DNA from: Eledone cirrhosa
Taxonomy: Eukaryota
Direction: 5' to 3'
NCBI GenBank assembly: GCA_964016885.1
Contig: OZ024740.1
Location: forward strand, 12,152,001 to 12,216,000
DNA: 64,000 nt
Part shown: one piece after another, positions 26,501 to 39,900 of the stretch
How the letters are laid out: the number at the start of each line of letters is the position of its first letter
How positions within the stretch are numbered: the first letter of the stretch is position 1
Position numbers and translations under genes: made by a program
The notes under the pieces: model-generated
Seen by the model: the letters and a program-made list of their open reading frames with translations, nothing else
What the model was told of the DNA's origin: nothing
The model's database searches: none

Positions 26501-29500
26501 AACACCACCACCACCAACAACACCAACAACAACACCAGCAACAACAACACCACCACCAACAACACCACCACCAACACCACCACCAACAGCACTAACAACA
26601 CCACCACCAACAACACCAGCAACAACGCCACCAACAACAACAACACCAACAACACCACCTCCAACACAACCACCAACACCACCACCAACAACACCACCAC
26701 CATCAACAACACCACCACCAACAACACCACCAACAACAACACTAACAACACCACCACCACCAACACCACCACCACCAACGACAACACCAACAACAACACC
26801 ACCAACAACACCACCTCCAACAACACCAGCAACACCACCAACAACACCACCAACAACAACAACAACACCAACAACAACAACACCACCACCAACAACAACA
26901 CCAACAACACCACCACCAACAACACTAACAACACCACGACCAACAACACCACCACCAACACCACCACCAACAACAACACCAACAACAACACCACGACCAA
27001 CAACACCACCACCAACAATAACACCAACAACAACACCACCAACAACACCACCAACAACAACACCACCAACAACACCACCACCAACAAGACCACCACCAAC
27101 AACACCACCAACAACAACACCACCAACAACAACACCACCAACAACACCACTACCAACAACACCAACAACACCACCACCAACAACACCACCACCAACAACA
27201 CCACCACCAACAACAACACCAACAACAACACCACGACCAACAACACCACCACCAACAACGACACCAACAACAACACCACCACCAACAACAACACCACCAA
27301 CAACACCACCACCAACAACAACACCACCAACAACACCACCAACAACAACACCACCAACAACACCACTACCAACAACACCAACAATACCACCACCAACAAA
27401 ACTAACCACACCACCACCAACAACACCACCACCAACAACACCACCACCAACAACAACACCAGCAACAACAACACCACCACCAACAACACCAACAACACCA
27501 CCACCAACAAGACCACCACCAACAACACCACCAACAACAACACCACCAACAACAACACCACCAACAACACCACTACCAACAACACCAACAACACCACCAC
27601 CAACAACACCACCACCAACAACACCACCACCAACAACAACACCAACAACAACACCACGACCAACAACACCACCACCAACAACGACACCAACAACAACACC
27701 ACCACCAACAACAACACCACCAACAACACCACCACCAACAACAACACCACCAACAACACCACCAACAACAACACCACCAACAACACCACTACCAACAACA
27801 CCAACAATACCACCACCAACAAAACTAACCACACCACCACCAACAACACCACCACCAACAACACCACCACCAACAACAACACCAGCAACAACAACACCAC
27901 CACCAACAACACCAACAACACCACCACCAACAACACTAACAACACCACCACCAACAACACCAGCAACAACAACACCACCACCAACAACACTAACCACACA
28001 ACCACCAACAACACTAACAACACCACTACAAACAACACCAGCAACAACAACACCAACACCAACAAAACTAACCACACCACCACCAACACCACCACCAACA
28101 ACAACACCAACAACAACACCAGCAACAACAACACCACCACCAACAACACCACCACCAACACTACCACCAACAGCACTAACAACACCACCACCAACAACAC
28201 CACCACCATCAACAACACCACCACCAACAACACCACCAACAACACCACCAACAACAACAACAACACCAACAACAACAACACCACCACCAACAACAACACC
28301 AACAACACCACCACCAACAACACTAACAACACCACGACCAACAACACCACCACCAACACCACCACCAACAACAACACCAACAACAACACCACGACCAACA
28401 ACACCACCACCAACAATAACACCAACAACAACACCACCAACAACACCACCAACAACAACACCACCAACAACACCACCACCAACAAGACCACCACCAACAA
28501 CACCACCAACAACAACACCACCAACAACAACACCACCAACAACACCACTACCAACAACACCAACAACACCACCACCAACAACACCACCACCAACAACACC
28601 ACCACCAACAACAACACCAACAACAACACCACGACCAACAACACCACCACCAACAACGACACCAACAACAACACCACCACCAACAACAACACCACCAACA
28701 ACACCACCACCAACAACAACACCACCAACAACACCACCAACAACAACACCACCAACAACACCACTACCAACAACACCAACTATACCACCACCAACAAAAC
28801 TAACCACACCACCACCAACAACACCACCACCAACAACACCACCACCAACAACAACACCAGCAACAACAACACCACCACCAACAACACCAACAACACCACC
28901 ACCAACAACACTAACAACACCACCACCAACAACACCAGCAACAACAACACCACCACCAACAACACTAACCACACAACCACCAACAACACTAACAACACCA
29001 CTACAAACAACACCAGCAACAACAACACCAACACCAACAAAACTAACCACACCACCACCAACACCACCACCAACAACAACACCAACAACAACACCAGCAA
29101 CAACAACACCACCACCAACAACACCACCACCAACACTACCACCAACAGCACTAACAACACCACCACCAACAACACCACCACCATCAACAACACCACCACC
29201 AACAACACCACCAACAACAACACTAACAACACCACCACCAACAACACCACCACCACCAACGACAACACCAACAACAACACCACCAACAACACCACCTCCA
29301 ACAACACCAGCAACACCACCAACAACACCACCAACAACAACATCACCACCACCAACAACACCACCTCCAACAACACCAACAACACCACCAACAACAACAC
29401 CAACAACAACAAATCCAACAACAACAACACCACAACCAACAACACCACCACCAATAACACCACCAACACCAACAACAACACCAAAAACAACACCAACAAG

Positions 29501-29537
29501 AACATCACCTACACCACCAACAACAATACCATCTTGA
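20523..29537 (+). CDS. Putative mucin-like Pro/Thr-rich reading frame (~3000 codons, no ATG; exon or non-coding)
   Basis: The XCA frame appears open from TAA 20520-20522 to TGA 29535-29537 and reads PLTTSPPTPATPTPP…PPPTT…TKLTTPPP. It is missing from the ORF track because it lacks a start codon. Openness is expected from composition, so the evidence is weak. Confidence 0.25.
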   Translation, partial: QQHHQHHYQHHQPLTTSPPTPATPTPPLTPPPTTPPLTTPPPTTPPTITPPLTAPPQTTPPPKTAPPTPPPPTTPTTPTPPLTTPPQTTPPPTTTPPTTLPPTTPPTTTPPTTTPPTTLPPTTPPTTTPPPPTTPPTTTPPTTTPPTTPPPTTPPTTTPPTTTPPTTTPPATTPPPPTTPTTTPPPTTPTTTTPTTTPTTTAPKPPTTTPPTPPTTIPPPTTPPPITTPPTTPPPTTTTPPQTPPPTIPTTTTPPPTTPPTTPIPTPIATTTQPPTPPLTTPTPTPPSTTPAPTTTPPTTTQPTKKPQSTPPPTTTATTSPPTTPPPKTPPPTTPHTPPATTPTTPTTTPPTTPPPTTTPPTPPPTTPPPTTPTTPPPTTTPTTTAPKPPTTTPPTPPSTTPPTPPTTTPPTPPPTTPPPITTPPTTPPPTTTTPPPTTPSPITTPPTTPPPTTTPPTPPPTTPPPTTPTTPPPTTTPPTTLPTTTPPTPPPTPPTPTPPSTTPPPTTTTPTTPPPTPPPKTPPPTTPAPSTPPTTPPPTPPPKTPPPTPPTPPPTPPTTTTPTTPPTTTPPTTTPPTTPPPTTPPTTTPPTTTPPTTTPPATTPPPPTTPTTTPPPTTPTTTTPTTTPTTTAPKPPTTTPPTPPTTIPPPTTPPPITTPPTTPPPTTTTPPQTPPPTIPTTTTPPPTTPPTTPIPTPIATTTQPPTPPLTTPTPTPPSTTPAPTTTPPTTTQPTKKPQSTPPPTTTATTSPPTTPPPKTPPPTTPHTPPATTPTTPTTTPPTTPPPTTTPPTPPPTTPPPTTPTTPPPTTTPTTTAPKPPTTTPPTPPSTTPPTPPTTTPPTPPPTTPPPITTPPTTPPPTTTTPPPTTPSPITTPPTTPPPTTTPPTPPPTTPPPTTPTTPPPTTTPPTTLPTTTPPTPPPTPPTPTPPSTTPPPTTTTPTTPPPTPPPKTPPPTTPAPSTPPTTPPPTPPPKTPPPTPPTPPPTPPTTTTPTTPPTTTPPPTPPPTTPPTTTPPSTPPPKAPPPTPPTTAPPPTTPPPTTPPPTTPPTTLPTTPPPTPPPTTLQTTTPPATTPPLTPTPPTTPPPTTTPKPPTPPTTPPSTKLTTPPPTTPPPTTTPTTTPATTAPPPTTPPPTTPPQTTPPPTTLTTPPPTTPPPTTTPTTTPPPTTPQTTTPTTPTPTTLTTPPPTTPPTTTTPTTTPPSTTPPPTTPTTTPPPTTPPTKLPTTTTTPPPTPPTTTTPPPPPTTPPPTTPPTTPPPTTPPPTPPPTTPPPTKPPPTIPTTTTPTTTPPPTTPPPTTPATAPPTTPPTTTTTPTTTIPPPTTPPPTTPTTTPPTTTPPTTPPPTTPTTTTPTTTSPPPTTPPPTTPTTTTPTTTTQQPTTPPTPTTTTPTPTTTPKTTPTRISPTPPTTTPPPTTNPTTTPPKTPPTTLTTPLPTTPATTPPTTTPTTPTPTTLTTPPTTPPPTTTPPTPPTTPPPTTTPPTPPPKTPPPTTTPPTTPPTTTPTTTPTTPPPTTTPTTTPPTTPPPPTTPPTTPPTTTPTTTPTTPPPTTTPTTTPTTPPPTTTPTTPPPKTPPPTTTPPTTPPTTTPTTPPPTTTPTTTPTTTPPTTTPATTTPATTTPRPTTPRPTTPPPTTPPTTPPASTLPPTTTPPTTTPPKTPLPTTPTTPPPKTPPPTTPPPTTTPPTTTPPPTTTPTTTPPTTPPPTTTPPTTTPSTIPRPTTPPPTTTPPTTTPPTTPTTTSPPPTTTPSTIPLPTTPTTPPASTLPPTTPPPTTPPPTTPPPTTTPSTIPRPTTPTTPPTTTPPPTTPPPTRPPPTTPPTTTPPTTPPTTTPPTTTPPTTPPPTTPTTPPPTIPPTTTPPTTTPPTTPLPTTPTIPPPTKLTTPPPTTPPPTTPPPTTTPATTTPPPTTPTTPPPTTLTTPPPTTPATTTPTPTTLNKQQPTTLTTPLPTTPTPPTTLTTQPPTTLTTPLQTTPATTTPTPTKLTTPPPTPPPPTTPTTTPATTTPPPTTPPPTPPPTALTTPPPTTPATTPPTTTTPTTPPPTQPPTPPPTTPPPSTTPPPTTPPTTTLTTPPPPTPPPPTTTPTTTPPTTPPPTTPATPPTTPPTTTTTPTTTTPPPTTTPTTPPPTTLTTPRPTTPPPTPPPTTTPTTTPRPTTPPPTITPTTTPPTTPPTTTPPTTPPPTRPPPTTPPTTTPPTTTPPTTPLPTTPTTPPPTTPPPTTPPPTTTPTTTPRPTTPPPTTTPTTTPPPTTTPPTTPPPTTTPPTTPPTTTPPTTPLPTTPTIPPPTKLTTPPPTTPPPTTPPPTTTPATTTPPPTTPTTPPPTRPPPTTPPTTTPPTTTPPTTPLPTTPTTPPPTTPPPTTPPPTTTPTTTPRPTTPPPTTTPTTTPPPTTTPPTTPPPTTTPPTTPPTTTPPTTPLPTTPTIPPPTKLTTPPPTTPPPTTPPPTTTPATTTPPPTTPTTPPPTTLTTPPPTTPATTTPPPTTLTTQPPTTLTTPLQTTPATTTPTPTKLTTPPPTPPPTTTPTTTPATTTPPPTTPPPTLPPTALTTPPPTTPPPSTTPPPTTPPTTPPTTTTTPTTTTPPPTTTPTTPPPTTLTTPRPTTPPPTPPPTTTPTTTPRPTTPPPTITPTTTPPTTPPTTTPPTTPPPTRPPPTTPPTTTPPTTTPPTTPLPTTPTTPPPTTPPPTTPPPTTTPTTTPRPTTPPPTTTPTTTPPPTTTPPTTPPPTTTPPTTPPTTTPPTTPLPTTPTIPPPTKLTTPPPTTPPPTTPPPTTTPATTTPPPTTPTTPPPTTLTTPPPTTPATTTPPPTTLTTQPPTTLTTPLQTTPATTTPTPTKLTTPPPTPPPTTTPTTTPATTTPPPTTPPPTLPPTALTTPPPTTPPPSTTPPPTTPPTTTLTTPPPTTPPPPTTTPTTTPPTTPPPTTPATPPTTPPTTTSPPPTTPPPTTPTTPPTTTPTTTNPTTTTPQPTTPPPITPPTPTTTPKTTPTRTSPTPPTTIPS
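20930..23530. repeat. Tandem duplication, 1293-bp unit x2
   Basis: actgcacctaaacc at 21123/22416; acgacacc at ~22204/23497; identical track ORFs at 21226 and 22519. Confidence 0.9.
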
Positions 29538-32179
29538 ACAACACCACCACCAACAACAATACCATCACGAACAACACCACCACCAACAACACCACCAATA
29601 ACAACAACACCACCAACAACACCACCACCAACAACAACACCACCAACAACAACACCACCAACAACACCACCACCAACAACACCACCAACAACAAGAACAC
29701 CAACAACACCACCAACACCACCACCACCAACAACACCACCAACAACACCAACAACACCACCAACACCCCCACCACCAACAACACCAACAACACCAGCAAC
29801 ACCACCAACAACACCACCAACAACACCACCACCAACAACAACAACAATACCACCACCAACAACACAAACAACAACAACACCACCTCCAAAAACACCAACA
29901 ACAACAACACCAACAACAACATCACCACCACCAACAACACCACCTCCAACAACACCAACAACACCACGACCAACAACACCACCAACAACAACACCACCAC
30001 CAACAACAACAACACCACCACCAACAAGACCACCACCAACAACACCACCAACAACATCAGCATCAACAACACCACCAACAACAACACCACCAACAACAAC
30101 ACCACCAACAACACCACCAACAACAACACCACCAACAACAACACCACCAACAACAACACCACCAACAACACCACTACCAACAACACCAACTATACCACCA
30201 CCAACAAAACTAACCACACCACCACCAACAACACCACTACCAACAACACCAACTATACCACCACCAACAACACTAACAACACCACCACCAACAACACCAG
30301 CAACAACAACACCAACACCAACAACACTAAACAAACAACAACCAACAACACTAACAACACCACCACCAACAACACCAACAACACCACCACCAACAACACT
30401 AACAACACCACCACCAACAACACCAGCAACAACAACACCACCACCACCAACAACACTAACCACACAACCACCAACAACACTAACAACACCACTACAAACA
30501 ACACCAGCAACAACAACACCAACACCAACAAAACTAACCACACCACCACCAACACCACCACCAACAACAACACCAACAACAACACCAGCAACAACAACAC
30601 CACCACCAACAACACCACCACCAACACTACCACCAACAGCACTAACAACACCACCACCAACAACACCACCACCATCAACAACACCACCACCAACCACACC
30701 ACCAACAACAACACTAACAACACCACCACCAACAACACCACCACCACCAACGACAACACCAACAACAACACCACCAACAACACCACCTCAAACAACACCA
30801 GCAACACCACCAACAACACCACCAACAACAACAACAACCCCAACAACAACAATACCACCACCAACAACACCAACAACAACAACACCACCTCCAAAGACAC
30901 CAACAACAACAACACCAACAACAACATCACCACCACCAACAACACCACCTCCAACAACACCAACAACACCACCAACAACAACACCAACAACAACAAATCC
31001 AACAACAACAACACCACAACCAACAACACCACCACCAATAACACCACCAACACCAACAACAACACCAAAAACAACACCAACAAGAACATCACCTACACCA
31101 CCAACAACAATACCATCTTGAACAACACCACCACCAACAACAATACCATCACGAACAACACCACCACCAACAACACCACCAATAACAACAACACCACCAA
31201 CAACACCACCACCAACAACAACACCACCAACAACAACACCACCAACAACACCACCACCAACAACACCACCAACAACAAGAACACCAACAACACCACCAAC
31301 ACCACCACCACCAACAACACCACCAACAACACCAACAACACCACCAACACCCCCACCACCAACAACACCAACAACACCAGCAACACCACCAACAACACCA
31401 CCACCAACAACAACAACAATACCACCACCAACAACACCAACAACAACAACACCACCTCCAAAAACACCAACAACAACAACACCAACAACAACATCACCAC
31501 CACCAACAACACCACCTCCAACAACACCAACAACACCACGACCAACAACACCACCAACAACAACACCACCACCAACAACAACAACACCACCCCCAACAAC
31601 ACCACCACCAACAACACCACCAACAACATCAGCATCAACAACACCACCAACAACAATACCACCAACAACAACACCACCAACAACACCACCAACAACAACA
31701 CCACCAACAACAACACCACCAACAACACCACTACCAACAACACCAACAACACCACCACCAACAACACCACGACCAACAACACCACCACCAACAACAACAC
31801 CAACAACAACACCACTACCAACAAGACCACCACCAACAACACCACCAACAACACCACCAACACCACCACCACCAACAACACCACCAACAACACCAACAAC
31901 ACCACCAACACCCCCACCACCAACAACACCACCAACAACACCAACAACACTAACAAAACCACTACCAACAACACCAGCAACAACAACACCAACAACACCA
32001 ACACCACTAACAACACCACCACCAACAACAATACCATCACAAACAACACCACCACCAACATCAATACCATCACGAACAACACCACCACCAACGACACCAC
32101 CAATAACAACAACACCACCAACACCAACAACACCACCAACACCACCACCAACAACACCACCAACAACAACACCACCACC

Positions 32180-35100
32180 AACAACAACACCACCAACAAC
32201 AACACCACCAACAACACCACCACCAACAACACCACCAACAACAAGAACATCAACAACACCACCAACACCACCACCACCAACAACAACACCAACAACACCA
32301 ACAACACCCCCACCACCAACAACAACACCACCAACAACACCAACAACACCAACAACACCACCACCAACACTACCACCAACAACAACACCACCAACAACAC
32401 CACCAACAACAACACCACCAACAACAACACCACCAACAACACCAACAACAGCATCACCAACAACACCACCACCAACAAAACTAACCACACCACCACCAAC
32501 ACTACCACCAACACTACCACCAACAACACCACCACCAACAACACCACCACCAACACCACCACCAACAACACCACCACCAACACTACCACCAACAACACCA
32601 CCACCAACAACACCACCACCAACAACACCACCAACAACAACACCACCAACAACAACACCACCAACAACAACACCACCAACAACAACACCACCAACAAAAC
32701 TAACCACACCACCACCAACAACACCACCACCAACAACACCACCACCAACAACAACACCAGCAACAACAACACCACCACCAACAACACCACCACCAACAAC
32801 ACCAACAACACCACCACCAACAACACCACCACCAACAACACCACCAACAACAACACTAACAACAACACCACCACCAACAACAACACCACCAACAACACCA
32901 CCAACAACAACACCACCAACAACAACACCACCAACAACAACACCACCAACAACAACACCACCAACAACAACACCACCAACAAAACTAACCACACCACCAC
33001 CAACAACACCACCACCAACAACACCACCACCAACAACAACACCAGCAACAACAACACCACCACCAACAACACCACCACCAACAACACCAACAACACCACC
33101 ACCAACAACACCACCACCAACAACACCACCAACAACAACACTAACAACAACACCACCACCAACAACAACACCACCAACGCCACCAACAACAACACTAACA
33201 CCAACACCACCAACAACAACACCAACAACACCACCACCAACAACACCACCAACAACACCACCACCAACAACACTAACAACAACACCACCACCAACAACAC
33301 CACCAACAACACCACCAACAACAACACCACCAACAACACTAACAACAACACCGCCAACAACAACAACACCACCACCAACAACACTAACAACACCAACAAC
33401 ACCACCACCAACAACACCACCAACAACAACAACACCACCAACAACACCACCAACAACAACACTAACAACACCACCACCAACAACATCACCACCACCAACG
33501 ACAACACCAACAACACAACCAACAACAACAACAACACCAACAACAACAACACCACCACCAACAACAACACCAACAACACCACCACCAACAACACTAACAA
33601 CACCACCACCAACAACGACAACACCAACAACAACACCACCAACAACACCACCTCCAACAACACCAGCAACACCACCAACAACACCACCAACAACAACAAC
33701 AACACCAACAACAACAACACCACCACCAACAACAACACCAACAACACCACCACCAACAACACTAACAACACCACCACCACCAACGACAACACCAACAACA
33801 ACACCACCAACAACACCACCTCCAACAACACCAGCAACACCACCAACAACACCACCAACAACAACAACAACACCAACAACAACAACACCACCACCAACAA
33901 CAACACCAACAACACCACCACCAACAACACTAACAACACCACCACCAACAACACCACCACCACCAACAACAACACCAACAACAACACCAACAACACCACC
34001 ACAAACAACACCACCAACAACAACACCACCAACAACAACACCACCACCAACAACACCACCAATAACAACACCACGACCAACACCACCACCACCAACAACA
34101 CCACCACCACCAACAACACCACCAACAACAACAGCAACAACAACACCACGACCAACAACACCACGACCAACAACACCACCACCAACAACACCACCAACAA
34201 CACCAGCATCAATACTACCACCAACAACACCACCACCAACAACAACACCAACAACAACACCACGACCAACAACACCACCACCAACAATAACACCAACAAC
34301 AACACCACCAACAACACCACCACCAACAAGACCACCACCAACAAAACCACCAACAACAACACCACCAATAACACCACCTACAACAACACCACCAACAACA
34401 ACACCACCAACAACACCACTACCAACAACACCAACAACACCACCACCAACAACACCACCACCAACAACACCACCACCAACAACAACACCACCAACAACAA
34501 CACCACCAACAACACCACCACCAACAACACCACCAACAACAAGAACATCAACAACACCACCAACACCACCACCACCAACAACAACACCAACAAAACCAAC
34601 AACACCCCCACCACCAACAACAACACCACCAACAACACCAACAACACCAACAACACCACCACCAACACTACCACCAACAACAACACCACCAACAACACCA
34701 CCAACAACAACACCACCAACAACAACACCACCAACAACACCAACAACAGCATCACCAACAACACCACCACCAACAAAACTAACCACACCACCACCAACAC
34801 TACCACCAACACTACCACCAACAACACCACCACCAACAACACCACCACCAACACCACCACCAACAACACCACCACCAACACTACCACCAACAACACCACC
34901 ACCAACAACACCACCACCAACAACACCACCAACAACAACACCACCAACAACAACACCACCAACAACAACACCACCAACAACAACACCACCAACAAAACTA
35001 ACCACACCACCACCAACAACACCACCACCAACAACACCACCACCAACAACAACACCAGCAACAACAACACCACCACCAACAACACCACCACCAACAACAC

Positions 35101-36780
35101 CAACAACACCACCACCAACAACACCACCACCAACAACACCACCAACAACAACACTAACAACAACACCACCACCAACAACAACACCACCAACAACACCACC
35201 AACAACAACACCACCAACAACAACACCACCAACAACAACACCACCAACAACAACACCACCAACAACAACACCACCAACAAAACTAACCACACCACCACCA
35301 ACAACACCACCACCAACAACACCACCACCAACAACAACACCAGCAACAACAACACCACCACCAACAACACCACCACCAACAACACCAACAACACCACCAC
35401 CAACAACACCACCACCAACAACACCACCAACAACAACACTAACAACAACACCACCACCAACAACAACACCACCAACGCCACCAACAACAACACTAACACC
35501 AACACCACCAACAACAACACCAACAACACCACCACCAACAACACCACCAACAACACCACCACCAACAACACTAACAACAACACCACCACCAACAACACCA
35601 CCAACAACACCACCAACAACAACACCACCAACAACACTAACAACAACACCGCCAACAACAACAACACCACCACCAACAACACTAACAACACCAACAACAC
35701 CACCACCAACAACACCACCACCAACAACAACACCACCAACAACACCACCAACAACAACACTAACAACACCACCACCAACAACATCACCACCACCAACGAC
35801 AACACCAACAACACCACCAACAACAACAACAACACCAACAACAACAACACCACCACCAACAACAACACCAACAACACCACCACCAACAACACTAACAACA
35901 CCACCACCAACAACGACAACACCAACAACAACACCACCAACAACACCACCTCCAACAACACCAGCAACACCACCAACAACACCACCAACAACAACAACAA
36001 CACCAACAACAACAACACCACCACCAACAACAACACCAACAACACCACCACCAACAACACTAACAACACCACCACCACCAACGACAACACCAACAACAAC
36101 ACCACCAACAACACCACCTCCAACAACACCAGCAACACCACCAACAACACCACCAACAACAACAACAACACCAACAACAACAACACCACCACCAACAACA
36201 ACACCAACAACACCACCACCAACAACACTAGCAACACCACCACCAACAACACCACCACCACCAACAACAACACCAACAACAACACCAACAACACCACCAC
36301 AAACAACACCACCAACAACAACACCACCAACAACAACACCACCACCAACAACACCACCAATAACAACACCACGACCAACACCACCACCACCAACAACACC
36401 ACCACCACCAACAACACCACCAACAACAACAGCAACAACAACACCACGACCAACAACACCACGACCAACAACACCACCACCAACAACACCACCAACAACA
36501 CCAGCATCAATACTACCACCAACAACACCACCACCAACAACAACACCAACAACAACACCACGACCAACAACACCACCACCAACAATAACACCAACAACAA
36601 CACCACCAACAACACCACCACCAACAAGACCACCACCAACAAAACCACCAACAACAACACCACCAATAACACCACCTACAACAACACCACCAACAACAAC
36701 ACCACCAACAACACCACTACCAACAACACCAACAACACCACCACCAACAACACCACCACCAACAACACCACCACCAACAA
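32180..36780. repeat. Tandem duplication, 2298-bp unit x2
   Basis: aagaacatcaac at 32243/34541; minus-strand stops at 34378/36676; only a few differences between the copies. Confidence 0.9.
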
Positions 36781-36934
36781 CAACACCAACAACAACACCA
36801 CGACCAACAACACCACCACCAACAACGACACCAACAACAACACCACCACCAACAACACCACCACCAACAACACCACCACCAACAACAACACCACCAACAA
36901 CACCACCAACAACAACACCACCAACAACACCACT

Positions 36935-39900
36935 ACCAACAACACCAACTATACCACCACCAACAAAACTAACCACACCACCACCAACAACACCACCACC
37001 AACAACACCACCACCAACAACAACACCAGCAACAACAACACCACCACCAACAACACCAACAACACCACCACCAACAACACTAACAACACCACCACCAACA
37101 ACACCAGCAACAACAACACCAACACCAACAACACTAAACAAACAACAACCAACAACACTAACAACACCACCACCAACAACACCAACAACACCACCACCAA
37201 CAACACTAACAACACCACCACCAACAACACCACCACCAACAACACCAGCAACAACAACACCACCACCAACAACACTAACCACACAACCACCAACAACACT
37301 AACAACACCACTACAAACAACACCAGCAACAACAACACCAACACCAACAAAACTAACCACACCACCACCAACACCACCACCAACAACAACACCAACAACA
37401 ACACCAGCAACAACAACACCACCACCAACAACACCACCACCAACACTACCACCAACAGCACTAACAACACCACCACCAACAACACCACCACCATCAACAA
37501 CACCACCACCAACAACACCACCAACAACAACACTAACAACACCACCACCAACAACACCACCACCACCAACAACAACACCACCAACAACACCACCTCCAAC
37601 AACACCAGCAACACCACCAACAACACCACCAACAACAACAACAACACCAACAACAACAATACCACCACCAACAACACCAACAACAACAACACCACCTCCA
37701 AAAACACCAACAACAACAACACCAACAACAACATCACCACCACCAACAACACCACCTCCAACAACACCAACAACACCACCAACAACAACACCAACAACAA
37801 CAAATCCAACAACAACAACACCACAACCAACAACACCACCACCAATAACACCACCAACACCAACAACAACACCAAAAACAACACCAACAAGAACATCACC
37901 TACACCACCAACAACAATACCATCTTGAACAACACCACCACCAACAACAATACCATCACGAACAACACCACCACCAACAACACCACCAATAACAACAACA
38001 CCACCAACACCAACGACACCACCAACACCACCACCACCAACAACACCACCAACAACAACACCACCACCAACAACACCACCACCAACAACAACACCACCAA
38101 CAACACCACCACCAACAACACCACCAACAACAAGAACACCAACAACACCACCAACACCACCACCACCAACAACACCACCAACAACACCAACAACACCACC
38201 AACACCCCCACCACCAACAACACTAACAACACCACCACCAACAACACCACCACCAACAACACCACCACCAACAACAACACCACCAACAACACCACCACCA
38301 ACAACACCACCAACAACAAGAACACCAACAACACCACCAACACCACCACCACCAACAACACCACCAACAACACCAACAACACCACCAACACCCCCACCAC
38401 CAACAACACCAACAACACCAGCAACACCACCAACAACACCACCAACAACACCACCACCAACAACAACAACAATACCACCACCAACAACACCAACAACAAC
38501 AACACCACCTCCAAAAACACCAACAACAACAACACCAACAACAACATCACCACCACCAACAACACCACCTCCAACAACACCAACAACACCACGACCAACA
38601 ACACCACCAACAACAACACCACCACCAACAACAACAACACCACCACCAACAAGACCACCACCAACAACACCACCAACAACATCAGCATCAACAACACCAC
38701 CAACAACAACACCACCAACAACAACACCACCAACAACACCACCAACAACAACACCACCAACAACAACAACAACACCAACAATACCACCACCAACAACACC
38801 AACAACAACATCACCACCACCAACGACAACACCAACAACAACACCACCAACAACACCACCTCCAACAACACCACCAACAACAACACCACCACCAACAACA
38901 CCACCAACAACAACACTAACAACACCACCACCAACAACACCACCACCACCAACGACAACACCAACAACAACACCACCAACAACACCACCTCCAACAACAC
39001 CAGCAACACCACCAACAACACCACCACCAACAACACCAACAACAACAATACCACCACCAACAACACCACCTCCAACAACACCAACAACAACACCAACAAC
39101 AACAAATCCAACAACAACAACACCACAACCAACATCACCACCACCAATAACACCACCAACACCAACAACAACACCAAAAACAACACCAACAAGAACATCA
39201 CCTACACCACCAACAACAATACCATCTTGAACAACACCACCACCAACAACAATACCATCACGAACAACACCACCACCAACAACACCACCAATAACAACAA
39301 CACCACCAACACCAACGACACCACCAACACCACCACCAACAACACCACCAACAACACCACCACCAACAACAACACCACCAACAACACCACCACCAACAAC
39401 ACCACCAACAACAAGAACACCAACAACACCGCCAACACCACCACCACTAACAACACCACCAACAACACCAACAACACCACCAACACCGCCACCACCAACA
39501 ACACCAACAACACCACCACCAACAACACCACCACCAACAACACCACCACCAACAACAACACCAACAACAACACCAACAACAACATCACCACCACCAACAA
39601 CACCACCTCCAACAACACCAACAACACCACGAGCAACAACACCACCACCAACAAGACCACCACCAACAACACCACCAACAGCACCAGCATCAACACTACC
39701 ACCAACAACACCCCCACCACCAACAACACCAACAACACCAACAACAACACCAACAACAACACCACCAACAACACCACTACCAACAACACCAACAACACCA
39801 CCACCAACAACACCACGACCAACAACACCACCACCAACAACAACACCAACAACAACACCACTACCAACAACAACACCACCAACAACACCACCAACAACAA

